Virus record (IMG/VR): IMGVR_UViG_3300042191_000021
Coordinates: 1 to 34,188 of that record
Source: a virus
Lineage: Duplodnaviria > Caudoviricetes
Strand: one strand, 5' to 3'
Length of the DNA stretch: 34,188 nt
The stretch's first letter is position 1. Each line of letters opens with the position of its first letter. Positions 1 through 8,009 of the stretch are shown piece by piece. The notes under the pieces are model-generated. The model saw nothing but the letters and a program-made list of their open reading frames with translations, ran no database searches and had not been told where the DNA came from. The translations under genes were made by a program, and so were the position numbers.

Positions 1-1
1 T

Positions 2-43
2 CTGGCCGACGCCATCCTCGCAGCCCTAAAGGAGCAGCCATGA
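2..43 (+). CDS. 3' end of a small phage protein (partial)
   Basis: Reads ...LADAILAALKEQP*; its TGA overlaps the next ATG (ATGA at 40-43). Confidence 0.5.
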   Translation: MADAILAALKEQP

Positions 44-261
44 AAAAGACAGGTGACACGCTGCCGCAGACACGCTTGGCAGTCGAATTGCGGCTTTTGA
101 CGGATGCGGCCATGAGAGTAGACCCGCAGAACGGTAGCCATCGCGCCGCACTCACACGCTTGAAGGCCATGATTGCGGCGAATCCAGTCGGGTTCCGGTC
201 CAGTCATTGTCGCCACAACATGGGATCGCGGCGATTGGCTTGGATCGAGAGGGCGCTATGA
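40..261 (+). CDS. hypothetical protein
   Basis: AAGGAG SD upstream; ATGA overlaps at both ends. Confidence 0.6.
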   Translation: MKKTGDTLPQTRLAVELRLLTDAAMRVDPQNGSHRAALTRLKAMIAANPVGFRSSHCRHNMGSRRLAWIERAL

Positions 262-530
262 CCCGCAAGAATGCCTACGTTTGGTTGTTTGGAGAGGAGC
301 GCACAGTCCATCCCGTCTTCCATTTGCTCGGCAAGTATGAGTCGCTAGAAGATGTCTACGCCGATGGCGCGAGCGGTAAGGCCAAGCAGTTCTCTAAGTG
401 CGGCCTACTCCTGACCCTCAATCCATTTGCCTACGGCGGTGTCACGCGAACACTGCACTTCGCTTCGCATCTGCGTTACGACCACGCCTCTGCGATTGGC
501 CGCGAATGCCGGACATGCTTCCATGTCTGA
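258..530 (+). CDS. hypothetical protein, possible Zn-binding (C...CxxC)
   Basis: Start moved to ATG 258 (GAGGG SD, ATGA overlap with the previous stop). Confidence 0.6.
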   Translation: MTRKNAYVWLFGEERTVHPVFHLLGKYESLEDVYADGASGKAKQFSKCGLLLTLNPFAYGGVTRTLHFASHLRYDHASAIGRECRTCFHV

Positions 531-1290
531 CCCGGTCGTTCTCTCGTCTAGTTCGCTGTCTGAGTACCTGAGATGTGGGTACCAGTTTTATCTGCACAGA
601 ATCCAAGGTGTGCGCTGGGCGCCTTCGGTGCGCTCCACGATTGGGGTAGCAGTTCACGCTGCGGCGGAAGTCAACCTCGCACAGAAGATCACAACCCGCG
701 AGGATGTGCCGCAGAACGACATGCTCGATGCGTTCAGTACCTCGTTCGATACCGAAGCACAGGAGATTGAGACACCCGAAGAATCACTAGGGGCGGGCAA
801 GGATAGCGGCGCGCTGCTCACCAAACTCCACCACAAGGAGGTGTCGCCGGTCATTCAGCCGGTGCTGGTCGAGCATCAGGTCCAATATCGCGTCGGCGAT
901 ATCGAGGTCAGTACCTTTCTGGACACGGTAGACGAGGAAGATCGCGTCCTCGATCTCAAGACCACGCTACGCAAGCCGGACTTCGCCAAGCACCTACTAC
1001 AGATGACGCTGGGGGCGGTGGGGTTTCGGCAACAGACTGGCAGACAGGAGACAGATGTACGCTTGGATGTACTGGTCCGCAACAAGACGCCTAAGTATGT
1101 GCCGCTGGAGTGGGGCGGATCAGTCAGCGACCAGAGCATCAAGGCATTCGCCGATACGGTGAAGGTGGTTCACGACGGCATCATGGCGGGCAGGTTCCCG
1201 ATGAACGGGCCGCAATCTCACTCGTGCTCTTGGTGCCCTTATACCTCGATCTGCCCACTGTGGAAGGGCCGCACGCCACCTACAAAATAA
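523..1290 (+). CDS. PD-(D/E)XK nuclease, Cas4/RecB-like, with Fe-S cluster cysteines
   Basis: N-terminal SxSSL..Y..C, GxAVH, D...DLKT catalytic motif, Q motif and C-terminal CSWCPYTSIC. Start moved to ATG 523. Confidence 0.85.
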   Translation: MSDPVVLSSSSLSEYLRCGYQFYLHRIQGVRWAPSVRSTIGVAVHAAAEVNLAQKITTREDVPQNDMLDAFSTSFDTEAQEIETPEESLGAGKDSGALLTKLHHKEVSPVIQPVLVEHQVQYRVGDIEVSTFLDTVDEEDRVLDLKTTLRKPDFAKHLLQMTLGAVGFRQQTGRQETDVRLDVLVRNKTPKYVPLEWGGSVSDQSIKAFADTVKVVHDGIMAGRFPMNGPQSHSCSWCPYTSICPLWKGRTPPTK

Positions 1291-1294
1291 GGGC

Positions 1295-1323
1295 TTGCGC
1301 CCTGACCCCGCATATCGTATAGT
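1295..1323 (+). promoter_or_regulatory. sigma70-type promoter
   Basis: TTGCGC-17 nt-TATAGT, followed by GGAGGAG SD and ATG 1343. Confidence 0.7.
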
Positions 1324-1342
1324 CGTCTAGTACGGAGGAGAA

Positions 1343-1513
1343 ATGGCTAGAACACCGCAGGGCACGCAGCACATCGCATGGACTTGTCTGTCCTGCGAGT
1401 TTATCAACTGTTGGAATTGGGAGCCGGACGAAGGTGCGCCGCTTAGTCCGAAGATCACGATGACCTGTGATAACTGCGGCCGTAAGACTGAGATGAAGTT
1501 GGTCAAGGAATGA
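1343..1513 (+). CDS. 56-aa zinc-ribbon protein (not in ORF track)
   Basis: MARTPQGTQHIAWTCLSC...MTCDNCGRKTEMKLVKE*; strong SD; ATGA overlap with 1510. Confidence 0.75.
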   Translation: MARTPQGTQHIAWTCLSCEFINCWNWEPDEGAPLSPKITMTCDNCGRKTEMKLVKE

Positions 1514-1968
1514 CAGAGAAGCCGAAGATCATCTACGCCGTGACCGAGGGCGACTACAGCGACTATCGAGTCCAAGCCTTGTTCACGACAAAGGCTCTAG
1601 CCAATGAGCACGCTAAGTCGTTGACCAAAGATTACTCGACGGCGGATGTAGAAGAGTTCCTGCTGTTCGACCGACCCGTTGGCAAGAAAACGGTCTATTC
1701 AATCAACGCTCGTATCTGGCCGGACGGCACAGTGACAAGTGAGCACCGTGATCGCGGCGATCCAAAGATGGACCGCAGTGTGCAACTGGAGTACGGCGAC
1801 TACACGGGTATTCCGAAGCCGATCATGGAAGCAAGGCTCTTGCAGGCGCCGTATAGCGGCAAGGATTGGCTAGTGCGTGTCTCCGGTACTGACAAGGCCC
1901 GCGTGATGAAGTCATTTCAGGATCGCGTGGCACAGGGCCGCGCTCGAACATTGGGGATTGAGGCATGA
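1510..1968 (+). CDS. hypothetical phage protein
   Basis: N-terminal IYAVTEGDYSDYRV..LF pattern seen in small phage proteins; coupled overlaps. Confidence 0.7.
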   Translation: MTEKPKIIYAVTEGDYSDYRVQALFTTKALANEHAKSLTKDYSTADVEEFLLFDRPVGKKTVYSINARIWPDGTVTSEHRDRGDPKMDRSVQLEYGDYTGIPKPIMEARLLQAPYSGKDWLVRVSGTDKARVMKSFQDRVAQGRARTLGIEA

Positions 1969-2168
1969 GAAAAGCAGATGCAGGACTCGGCTACTGGACA
2001 TGCGAAGCGCCGCTAACCGATAAGCAACGCCACGAGGATATGACACTCTTGGCACAGATCATGCTGCCAGATGAAGTCTATCTGGTACGCGGCCAAGCCT
2101 ATTGGGTCAATGCCCATGAGTGGAGTTGGCATACGCTCGATGTACGGACGATTGGAGAAGAGGGATGA
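1965..2168 (+). CDS. hypothetical protein
   Basis: ATGA overlaps at both ends. Confidence 0.6.
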   Translation: MRKADAGLGYWTCEAPLTDKQRHEDMTLLAQIMLPDEVYLVRGQAYWVNAHEWSWHTLDVRTIGEEG

Positions 2169-2401
2169 GCAGCGACGAGGAGAAGTTGGCGACGAAATGG
2201 AAGCGTCTTGAGTACGAGAAGGTCTCTCGATTTTTGGAGTTCGTAGAGCCTACGGTTCATTGGTGCGGCACCGATAACTGCCAGCATCGCGGATCGGAGC
2301 ACGGCGTGAACAACAAGTGTCTCGTCTGTGACTGCAAGACCTTCTCGTCCCGCACCTACGGTGAGGACATGGCAACCATATTGAGGTTCGTAAACTCGTG
2401 A
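2165..2401 (+). CDS. small Cys/His-rich protein
   Basis: CGTDNCQH...H...CLVCDC; start ATG 2165 after GGAGAAGAGGG. Confidence 0.6.
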   Translation: MSSDEEKLATKWKRLEYEKVSRFLEFVEPTVHWCGTDNCQHRGSEHGVNNKCLVCDCKTFSSRTYGEDMATILRFVNS

Positions 2402-3393
2402 CCGAAGAGACTACCGCCGTGGATGGCGGCGAAGAGGCCGTAGACCTGTCGATCAAGCCGGACGAAATCGACTGGCGTGTCGGGTCCACCTACGACGGAC
2501 GCGACGGCAAGATGGGGATGCTCTTGGGCTACATCAACGCGCGCTTGTGCATGGAGAAGTTGGACCTACTCGATCCCAAGTGGTCGAGCCACATCGAGCC
2601 AATCGAGTTGCGCGGCGAAGCGGGCGTGCGCTGCACGCTGACGGTCGGCGGAGTGAGCCGCGAGGATGTTGGCACCGTCTCTGACATCGAGTCACTCAAG
2701 GGCGCTTTCTCAGACGCGCTCAAGCGGACGGCGGTTCACTTCGGGATTGGCCGCGAACTGTATGACCTTCCAAGTATCGGTGTCCAGTGTGAGGTCAAAA
2801 GCAACGGCAAGGTTGGCAAGCCCAAGGCTCTGCCGGTCTGGAAGAACAACCGCTGGACGATTGACCCGGCACTCGGATGGGTGAAATACGACCACGATCC
2901 GCCAATCGAAAAGCCACGGCCCGTGAAGGTCAATGTCACGCGGGATGCGCCCGTCGCCCTTCATCCCTCCCACGAAGCACAGGCCACGATGGATGCTGTC
3001 CTCGGAGTGACTGGCGGCGAAGAGGTAGATGGCCTACCGCCCATTCCGGCCGACGCACAGGGTCAAGGAACCTCATGGATTGAGCAGGAAATCGGCCAAG
3101 AGCAGCCCGATGTGGTCGAAATCACGCCGTCTACGGTCGGAAAGGTGGAGCGCGGCGGAGTCACGGATCGCGCTAATGAATCGCAGATCAGACAAGTCAA
3201 GATATTCAGCAAGTCACTCAAACTCGGGCCGCATGGCGTGATTGACGAGTACAACAGCCTGTTCGCGGCGAATCTCACGCTGCCCGAAGACAAGAGGGCC
3301 GCATCAGACGCACTCTTGGTCCTATTGGATGCCATGAGCAACGCGCAGATCAGCAAGTTGATCCAGCGGTTCTCGGAGATGGAGTCGGCATGA
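2398..3393 (+). CDS. Rad52/Rad22-family (Sak-type) single-strand annealing protein
   Basis: EIDWRV...YINAR...LD...W...REDVG...KGAFSDALKRTAVHFGIGRELY is the Rad52/Sak core signature. Confidence 0.9.
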   Translation: MTEETTAVDGGEEAVDLSIKPDEIDWRVGSTYDGRDGKMGMLLGYINARLCMEKLDLLDPKWSSHIEPIELRGEAGVRCTLTVGGVSREDVGTVSDIESLKGAFSDALKRTAVHFGIGRELYDLPSIGVQCEVKSNGKVGKPKALPVWKNNRWTIDPALGWVKYDHDPPIEKPRPVKVNVTRDAPVALHPSHEAQATMDAVLGVTGGEEVDGLPPIPADAQGQGTSWIEQEIGQEQPDVVEITPSTVGKVERGGVTDRANESQIRQVKIFSKSLKLGPHGVIDEYNSLFAANLTLPEDKRAASDALLVLLDAMSNAQISKLIQRFSEMESA

Positions 3394-3590
3394 CATTGGT
3401 GAACACGAACGAGTTGCGCCGGGAATTTGTCCGCCTGCTGACGACTGATAGCCATACGCAGGATCGAAGACGACGCGAGTTCAATCAGGCCATCTTTGCG
3501 CCAGAGGGATGGGCCGTATTCAACGGAACCGACCTCGATATGGTCATGGAGAAGTTCGACAAGGCCATCAAGAGCACGGTGCGCCCGTGA
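3390..3590 (+). CDS. hypothetical protein
   Basis: GGAG SD; overlaps both neighbours. Confidence 0.65.
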   Translation: MTLVNTNELRREFVRLLTTDSHTQDRRRREFNQAIFAPEGWAVFNGTDLDMVMEKFDKAIKSTVRP

Positions 3591-4075
3591 GCCGCGAGTT
3601 CATCAAAGGGACTGGACCGGCGTGCCCACACTGCGGCAATACCAAATCGAGGCGAATGAACAATGGCTGGTCTGAACCGGAAGACTACTATCTACGACTC
3701 AAGCGTTGCGATGGATGCGGCGAGAAGTTCACGACCGCCGAGGTGGTGATCCCGCCAGACAAGACGACCTTCTACCGCTTGGATGGAGAGGGGCGCCGAT
3801 ATCGCCGTGAATACTGGCGCACCCACTACTCCAAGGCCGGTAACCGTCTGCGCGGCAAGCAACGCAAGTCAGACCAGTTACATATCACCGTCAGGGTGAC
3901 TCCGTTCATCAAAGGGCCGCAGACTGAATGTATGCGCGGCCATCCGTTCACTCCCGAGAACACCTACAACAAGTCCAATGGCTGGCGCGGATGTAGAACT
4001 TGCCGTCAGGTCGGAATGCACTCGTACTACCTCCGCAATAAAGAAGACTGGAACGCAGGAAGGCGTGGCCGATGA
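3587..4075 (+). CDS. NrdR-type zinc ribbon fused to a C-terminal CxxGH...CRxC zinc domain; probable DNA-binding protein
   Basis: CPHC...RLKRCDGCGEKFTTAE and CMRGHPFTPENTY...RGCRTC; GTG start overlaps the previous TGA. Confidence 0.7.
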   Translation: MSREFIKGTGPACPHCGNTKSRRMNNGWSEPEDYYLRLKRCDGCGEKFTTAEVVIPPDKTTFYRLDGEGRRYRREYWRTHYSKAGNRLRGKQRKSDQLHITVRVTPFIKGPQTECMRGHPFTPENTYNKSNGWRGCRTCRQVGMHSYYLRNKEDWNAGRRGR

Positions 4076-4215
4076 CACACCAGCATCAACCGGGATGGAA
4101 TAGGTGCCCGAAGTGCGGCATCACAGCGCCGCTTGACTGTCCGGTATGCTTACAGGTTCACGAAAAGTTGCATCACAACAAGCGAGCCAGAAGACTCAAG
4201 AAGGTAGAAGCATGA
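4072..4215 (+). CDS. 47-aa zinc-finger microprotein (not in ORF track)
   Basis: MTHQHQPGWNRCPKCGITAPLDCPVCLQVHEKLHH...; ATGA overlaps at both ends. Confidence 0.65.
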   Translation: MTHQHQPGWNRCPKCGITAPLDCPVCLQVHEKLHHNKRARRLKKVEA

Positions 4216-4439
4216 TCGAACGAAAGTGGCGGCTATGGCGGGTCTATCATGCCTTTGATAGCACAGCGCAGCGCACGGGCGAATGCTCCCTTGGTTCGAT
4301 CACGACTGGCTGCCCTCACAAGATCAACTGGTACGAAGCGGTGCGTTTCTTCGCCGACGAACCATACCGCTCACCACGACCCAGACGAGGATTCCAACCA
4401 ATGGTAGACGGCATCGACTACGACAGCAGCGAACAATGA
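4212..4439 (+). CDS. hypothetical protein
   Basis: Start ATG 2 codons into ATGA overlap at 4212; coupled to the next gene at 4436. Confidence 0.55.
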   Translation: MIERKWRLWRVYHAFDSTAQRTGECSLGSITTGCPHKINWYEAVRFFADEPYRSPRPRRGFQPMVDGIDYDSSEQ

Positions 4440-4870
4440 ACCATACAGGCATGACGCGGCGCGAAGGCGTACTCTCCTACCTCTCCAAGCGCGAGGGACA
4501 ATGGGTTCCCGGCTTAGAGTTGATGAACGAACGGGTTGGAGGATTGCGAGCCGGTGCCCGCATCTACGAACTCCGCAAGAAGGGCTATCAGATCGACAAG
4601 CGCCCGAGCAAGACCTCTGATGTAGACGAGTATCGACTATCGGGAAAGGACAGTATCGCAATCGAAGTGCCCGTTCCCTATGTCTCATGGTCAGCGCATC
4701 GCGGCGGGTTCAAGGCGCTGCTCAACGGCTCCCATCTACAAGTGTTCTCTAGTCTGGACCGTACCCAGTGGTATTGGACCTCGAAGGGCAGGATGAAGGA
4801 CAGCGGCGGACCGGGAACCTTGGATGCCACGAAGCGGGCGGCGGTCCTTGCGGTGCTGAGTCACCGATGA
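4436..4870 (+). CDS. winged helix-turn-helix DNA-binding protein
   Basis: VLSYL...ARIYELRKKGYQI...YRL pattern of phage wHTH proteins; start moved to ATG 4436. Confidence 0.75.
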   Translation: MNHTGMTRREGVLSYLSKREGQWVPGLELMNERVGGLRAGARIYELRKKGYQIDKRPSKTSDVDEYRLSGKDSIAIEVPVPYVSWSAHRGGFKALLNGSHLQVFSSLDRTQWYWTSKGRMKDSGGPGTLDATKRAAVLAVLSHR

Positions 4871-5115
4871 GCAACGAGGCTGCGGAGCGGCTGCGCGGTA
4901 TCCCCACGCAGTTGTACGGCTGCTTGGAGCGGTCATGTGACCACGATTACACCGAGGAGTGCATAGACGACGCCGAGACAACCCTCGCCGACGAGCGCCG
5001 CGCCACGGTGGAGCGGATACGGGCGGCGCTCGTCATCCACAACGAGTGGAACTGCACCAATGTCCTGTGGCCCGATGAAGTCAATGCCATCCTCGACGCG
5101 GAGGACGAGCGATGA
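4867..5115 (+). CDS. hypothetical protein
   Basis: ATGA overlaps; ends NAILDAEDER. Confidence 0.6.
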   Translation: MSNEAAERLRGIPTQLYGCLERSCDHDYTEECIDDAETTLADERRATVERIRAALVIHNEWNCTNVLWPDEVNAILDAEDER

Positions 5116-5363
5116 TTGGTGCAATCTGCGGGGGAGCGCCTTACATCTGGGCGACCGAGGATGCACCGGAACGCTGGTGCTTCAATGAACGCAAGCGACG
5201 GACGGGGAAGTTTGTCCTCCGGGCCGATTGGGAGAAGGGAACTGTGCCTATCGAGCCTGCTGGTTGGTATGAACCGATCTGGGTTTACGAGTGTGATGGC
5301 TGTGGTGAGGATGGACGGGCAGGCTTCGGCGGCTACTATGGGGCGGTGAGCGCATGGGAATGA
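5112..5363 (+). CDS. small Cys-rich protein
   Basis: C...C...CDGC; GGAGG SD; coupled overlaps. Confidence 0.6.
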   Translation: MIGAICGGAPYIWATEDAPERWCFNERKRRTGKFVLRADWEKGTVPIEPAGWYEPIWVYECDGCGEDGRAGFGGYYGAVSAWE

Positions 5364-5587
5364 CAGGAAAATGTCTCTGGATGGGAACGCACCATAGCGG
5401 GCGAGCCTTCGAGATCATGGTCGGTCCTGATCTTCCGAATCTAGCGCAGTGGGACGACGACCTAACGAGAACGCCGCCGCCTTTGCCGCGAGCATTTACC
5501 TGCGAGGAGCATGAGGTAGTGATCCGAGCCTACCTAGAGCGCCACTACCAGCCGCGCCGCATGGCATATCGGGATGGCCGACCATGA
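5360..5587 (+). CDS. hypothetical protein
   Basis: ATGA overlaps; C...CEEH. Confidence 0.55.
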   Translation: MTGKCLWMGTHHSGRAFEIMVGPDLPNLAQWDDDLTRTPPPLPRAFTCEEHEVVIRAYLERHYQPRRMAYRDGRP

Positions 5588-5988
5588 CCTATAGCGAGGC
5601 CGCTTACGCTCTCGGATTCGAGTTGTGCGCCCAAGAGATGTGCAACAAGAGCACACTCGACCATCGCAAGGGCACGCTGCGCGGCTCTACCCTGCATTGG
5701 ACCGACCGCCGCGTGACGAAGCCGGGACTGCGGCGCTTCCTGATGCTTGCGGCCAGCCACGATATCTACTCCGTGCCGCGCTGGGCGCTGATCTGGAATC
5801 GCAATGTATGGGTGGTGGCCGCCGCCGAGAAACTGCGTGTGCGGCTCCCGTCCCGTTACAGTGACGAAGACCGCGCGAAGGTAGCATGGGAGTTGCGCGA
5901 CACCCACGATCCGACCTACGAGCAGCAAGCCGCACTTCGTTGGGCGGGCCGCAGAAATAGACTTGCGCCCAGAATGAGCACTCGCTAG
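5584..5988 (+). CDS. hypothetical protein
   Basis: ATGA overlap; 134-aa ORF in the operon frame. Confidence 0.6.
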   Translation: MTYSEAAYALGFELCAQEMCNKSTLDHRKGTLRGSTLHWTDRRVTKPGLRRFLMLAASHDIYSVPRWALIWNRNVWVVAAAEKLRVRLPSRYSDEDRAKVAWELRDTHDPTYEQQAALRWAGRRNRLAPRMSTR

Positions 5989-5991
5989 GAT
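5963..5991 (+). promoter_or_regulatory. sigma70-type promoter upstream of the replication gene
   Basis: TTGCGC-17 nt-TAGGAT; same CTTGCGCCC context as the promoter at 1295. Confidence 0.65.
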
Positions 5992-5997
5992 GACCAC

Positions 5998-6164
5998 GAC
6001 GATTCTCGCGGCCCGTACCCGCTTGACTCGTTTGGCTCTAGCGAGCCGTGGTGCTGAGTCGGGCGGTAGCCAGTCCTGCCGCTCGACTCGCCCGAATTAT
6101 TCGCGGGTCGGGGAGACGCCTCCTACCGTTTCTCCGGCCCGCGACAGCCAGTAGGAGGGCATGT
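5998..6164 (+). promoter_or_regulatory. structured 5' leader, candidate cis-regulatory RNA
   Basis: 14-bp hairpin 6056-6089; 18-bp hairpin 6101-6144 whose loop CCTCCTAC is complementary to GTAGGAGG (6151-6158). Confidence 0.65.
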
Positions 6165-7091
6165 GTGGCAGAACGCAAACGACTCACCGGATTCATGTTG
6201 GCGGATGCGGCGTTTGCCGCAGACCCCAAGTTCTTACGCCTCGCCCGTAACTCTCCCACACCAGCCGCCTATGCCGCTGCCGTGGGTGTCTTCTGGTTGG
6301 TGTTGGCCGATGCCCGACGCGCCCGATCTCCCAATGTCAACTGGGATGACTACGAGGACTACGCTGAACAAATCACCATGCTCCAAGGGGTCAGATTGTT
6401 GACCAAAACCGGCTTTCAGGCGGTGCCTTTCGAGAAGTATGCCCCCGTCTACCAGTCTCCATTTGACCGAGAGCGTAGTAAGAAGAGTGGGTCACTACCA
6501 GACCATACACCAGACTACACAGAGATACACACCAGTACGCAAGATGACACTCACATAGGCTGGACTGGGCTGGACTCTTCTAAATCTCCTCTCCCCACGG
6601 AAGGGGGTGTGGGGGAAACCAATGGGCTTCCTTCCGAGAACGACTCTGCCACGCTCGCCTGTCGCATGATGTTCGATGGCGGCAAGTGGTTGGGGGATAG
6701 AGACTATGTTGCATCATGGGACAACATGGACCGTCGCTACACAGCAGGGTGGGTTCAAGAGGAGTTGCCTATCGCCTATGACCTCTGCCGTAAGGCACGA
6801 CAGGATGGCAGGGTTCTCCCCTATGACTTGCGCCGCATGACTGAATTGCAATGCGCCGAGAGAGTACGGGTCGAGGAGAAAGACCGTGAGCGTCTGCAAT
6901 CCCAACGCTTAGTCGCAGAAGAGGCAGAGCGTCGTCAAAAGACGACTTCAATGACAGATGAAGATCGAGAACGCCAAGCACTTTTCCGCAAAGCCACTCG
7001 CATTTGGACGAAGAGCGGCATGGTCGGAAATGTACCAGAAAAGATTGAAGAGTTGCGTTCGTGGGTCGCCGCTAATGAGAACCCAGCATGA
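6165..7091 (+). CDS. putative replication initiator (replisome organiser-type)
   Basis: Start moved to GTG 6165 (AGGAGG SD, 6-nt spacer). N-terminal D..F..DPKF..L, low-complexity middle with EGGVGE, internal DNA periodicity, and position before HNH/RusA genes. Confidence 0.65.
   Translation: MAERKRLTGFMLADAAFAADPKFLRLARNSPTPAAYAAAVGVFWLVLADARRARSPNVNWDDYEDYAEQITMLQGVRLLTKTGFQAVPFEKYAPVYQSPFDRERSKKSGSLPDHTPDYTEIHTSTQDDTHIGWTGLDSSKSPLPTEGGVGETNGLPSENDSATLACRMMFDGGKWLGDRDYVASWDNMDRRYTAGWVQEELPIAYDLCRKARQDGRVLPYDLRRMTELQCAERVRVEEKDRERLQSQRLVAEEAERRQKTTSMTDEDRERQALFRKATRIWTKSGMVGNVPEKIEELRSWVAANENPA
6496..6560 (+). repeat. 10-nt-periodic TACAC-type repeats, probable origin iterons
   Basis: TACCA/TACAC/TACAC/TACAC/TACGC/GACAC/TAGGC start at 6496, 6506, 6516, 6526, 6536, 6546, 6556. 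Confidence 0.6.
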
Positions 7092-7459
7092 CGAGGATGC
7101 CCGCCGAAGTAGTAGAGGCTGTCTTCAAACGCGACAGGGAGAGGCTCGCGGCAGAGATCAAGACTCGCGGCGGCGCAACCGAGTGGCTGGGCGACCGGAT
7201 GCGAATCCTAGCGCCGTACAACTTCTCGATCTGCCCCGCCATCCTGATCGACCCAGATGAGTTCGGCAAGTGCTGGGGCCGCTGGACGATGGATCATGTG
7301 AACAAGCAAGCAACACGCGGCAAACGGGCGCCGCACAGTCTCGCTACCGTTATCAGTTTGTGTGAGGGCCACACCGAGCCGGGCATGAAAGCGGGCCATG
7401 TCTGGAATACCGCCAACAGACCCCTCATCCGCACCTATCTCTTGGAGGCGAACGCATGA
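7088..7459 (+). CDS. HNH-like nuclease-fold protein
   Basis: C...CWGRWTMDHV...LCEGH resembles the CxxC-DH-LCxxH pattern of HNH proteins. Confidence 0.6.
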   Translation: MTRMPAEVVEAVFKRDRERLAAEIKTRGGATEWLGDRMRILAPYNFSICPAILIDPDEFGKCWGRWTMDHVNKQATRGKRAPHSLATVISLCEGHTEPGMKAGHVWNTANRPLIRTYLLEANA

Positions 7460-7716
7460 GACGTTTTTACTTCGACCGGCAGACCGATGTGAGCGGCACC
7501 AGCGGGACGGGTGCCGTGGTCGAGGGTGTCCAGTTTAGTGACGGCCAGTGCGTGGTCCGCTGGCTTACATTTCTGTCGAGCGTGGCGATCTACAAGAACA
7601 TCGAGAACTGCGTTACGATCCACGGCCACGACGGGTCAACCGATCTTCACTGGGTAGATGATGAGCCAAGTGCGCCGCCAACCAGCACCGAACGTCCTCC
7701 GGGCTGGACTCCATGA
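7456..7716 (+). CDS. conserved small phage protein
   Basis: DVSGTSGTG.V.EGVQFSDG..VVRW...IHGHDG motif that I recognise from phages of GC-rich hosts; function unknown. Confidence 0.75.
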   Translation: MRRFYFDRQTDVSGTSGTGAVVEGVQFSDGQCVVRWLTFLSSVAIYKNIENCVTIHGHDGSTDLHWVDDEPSAPPTSTERPPGWTP

Positions 7717-8009
7717 TCGAACCGATAAAGGACGTGGTGTGGAGCGGCGAATTCACCATCCACGATCCATCTGACATGCTCCTGACATTCGATGAAGGAC
7801 GGCGGCTAGCCATCTATGCCGACAGGCCGATGATCTTCTTCCGGCGCTGGTTCTACGAACTGATGGTCGCGTTCTTCGGCTGGACTTACCCGCAGATCGT
7901 GGTGTGGAGCGGCGAGATTGGCCGCATCACCAAATTAGAAACCACTGAACTCGAAGACGGACGACATCGCGTCGAGTGGACTTCCCAAATCGAGAAGGTT
8001 GACCCATGA
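7713..8009 (+). CDS. hypothetical protein
   Basis: ATGA overlaps; internal VVWSGE duplication. Confidence 0.6.
   Translation: MIEPIKDVVWSGEFTIHDPSDMLLTFDEGRRLAIYADRPMIFFRRWFYELMVAFFGWTYPQIVVWSGEIGRITKLETTELEDGRHRVEWTSQIEKVDP

Noticed and set aside
523-1290. Cas4-like nuclease as evidence of a CRISPR-Cas system
   Set aside because: No cas1/cas2 or repeat-spacer array is present; stand-alone Cas4-like nucleases near SSAP genes are ordinary phage recombination genes.
3587-4075. Calling this gene nrdR
   Set aside because: There is no ATP-cone domain; only the zinc ribbon resembles NrdR.
4133-4151. TTGACT...TATGCT as a promoter
   Set aside because: The two hexamers are only about 7 nt apart and lie inside the coupled 4072-4215 ORF.
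6048-6164. N-terminal 39 codons of the 347-aa ORF in the track
   Set aside because: No SD at 6048, the region is occupied by long hairpins, and a strong SD precedes GTG 6165.
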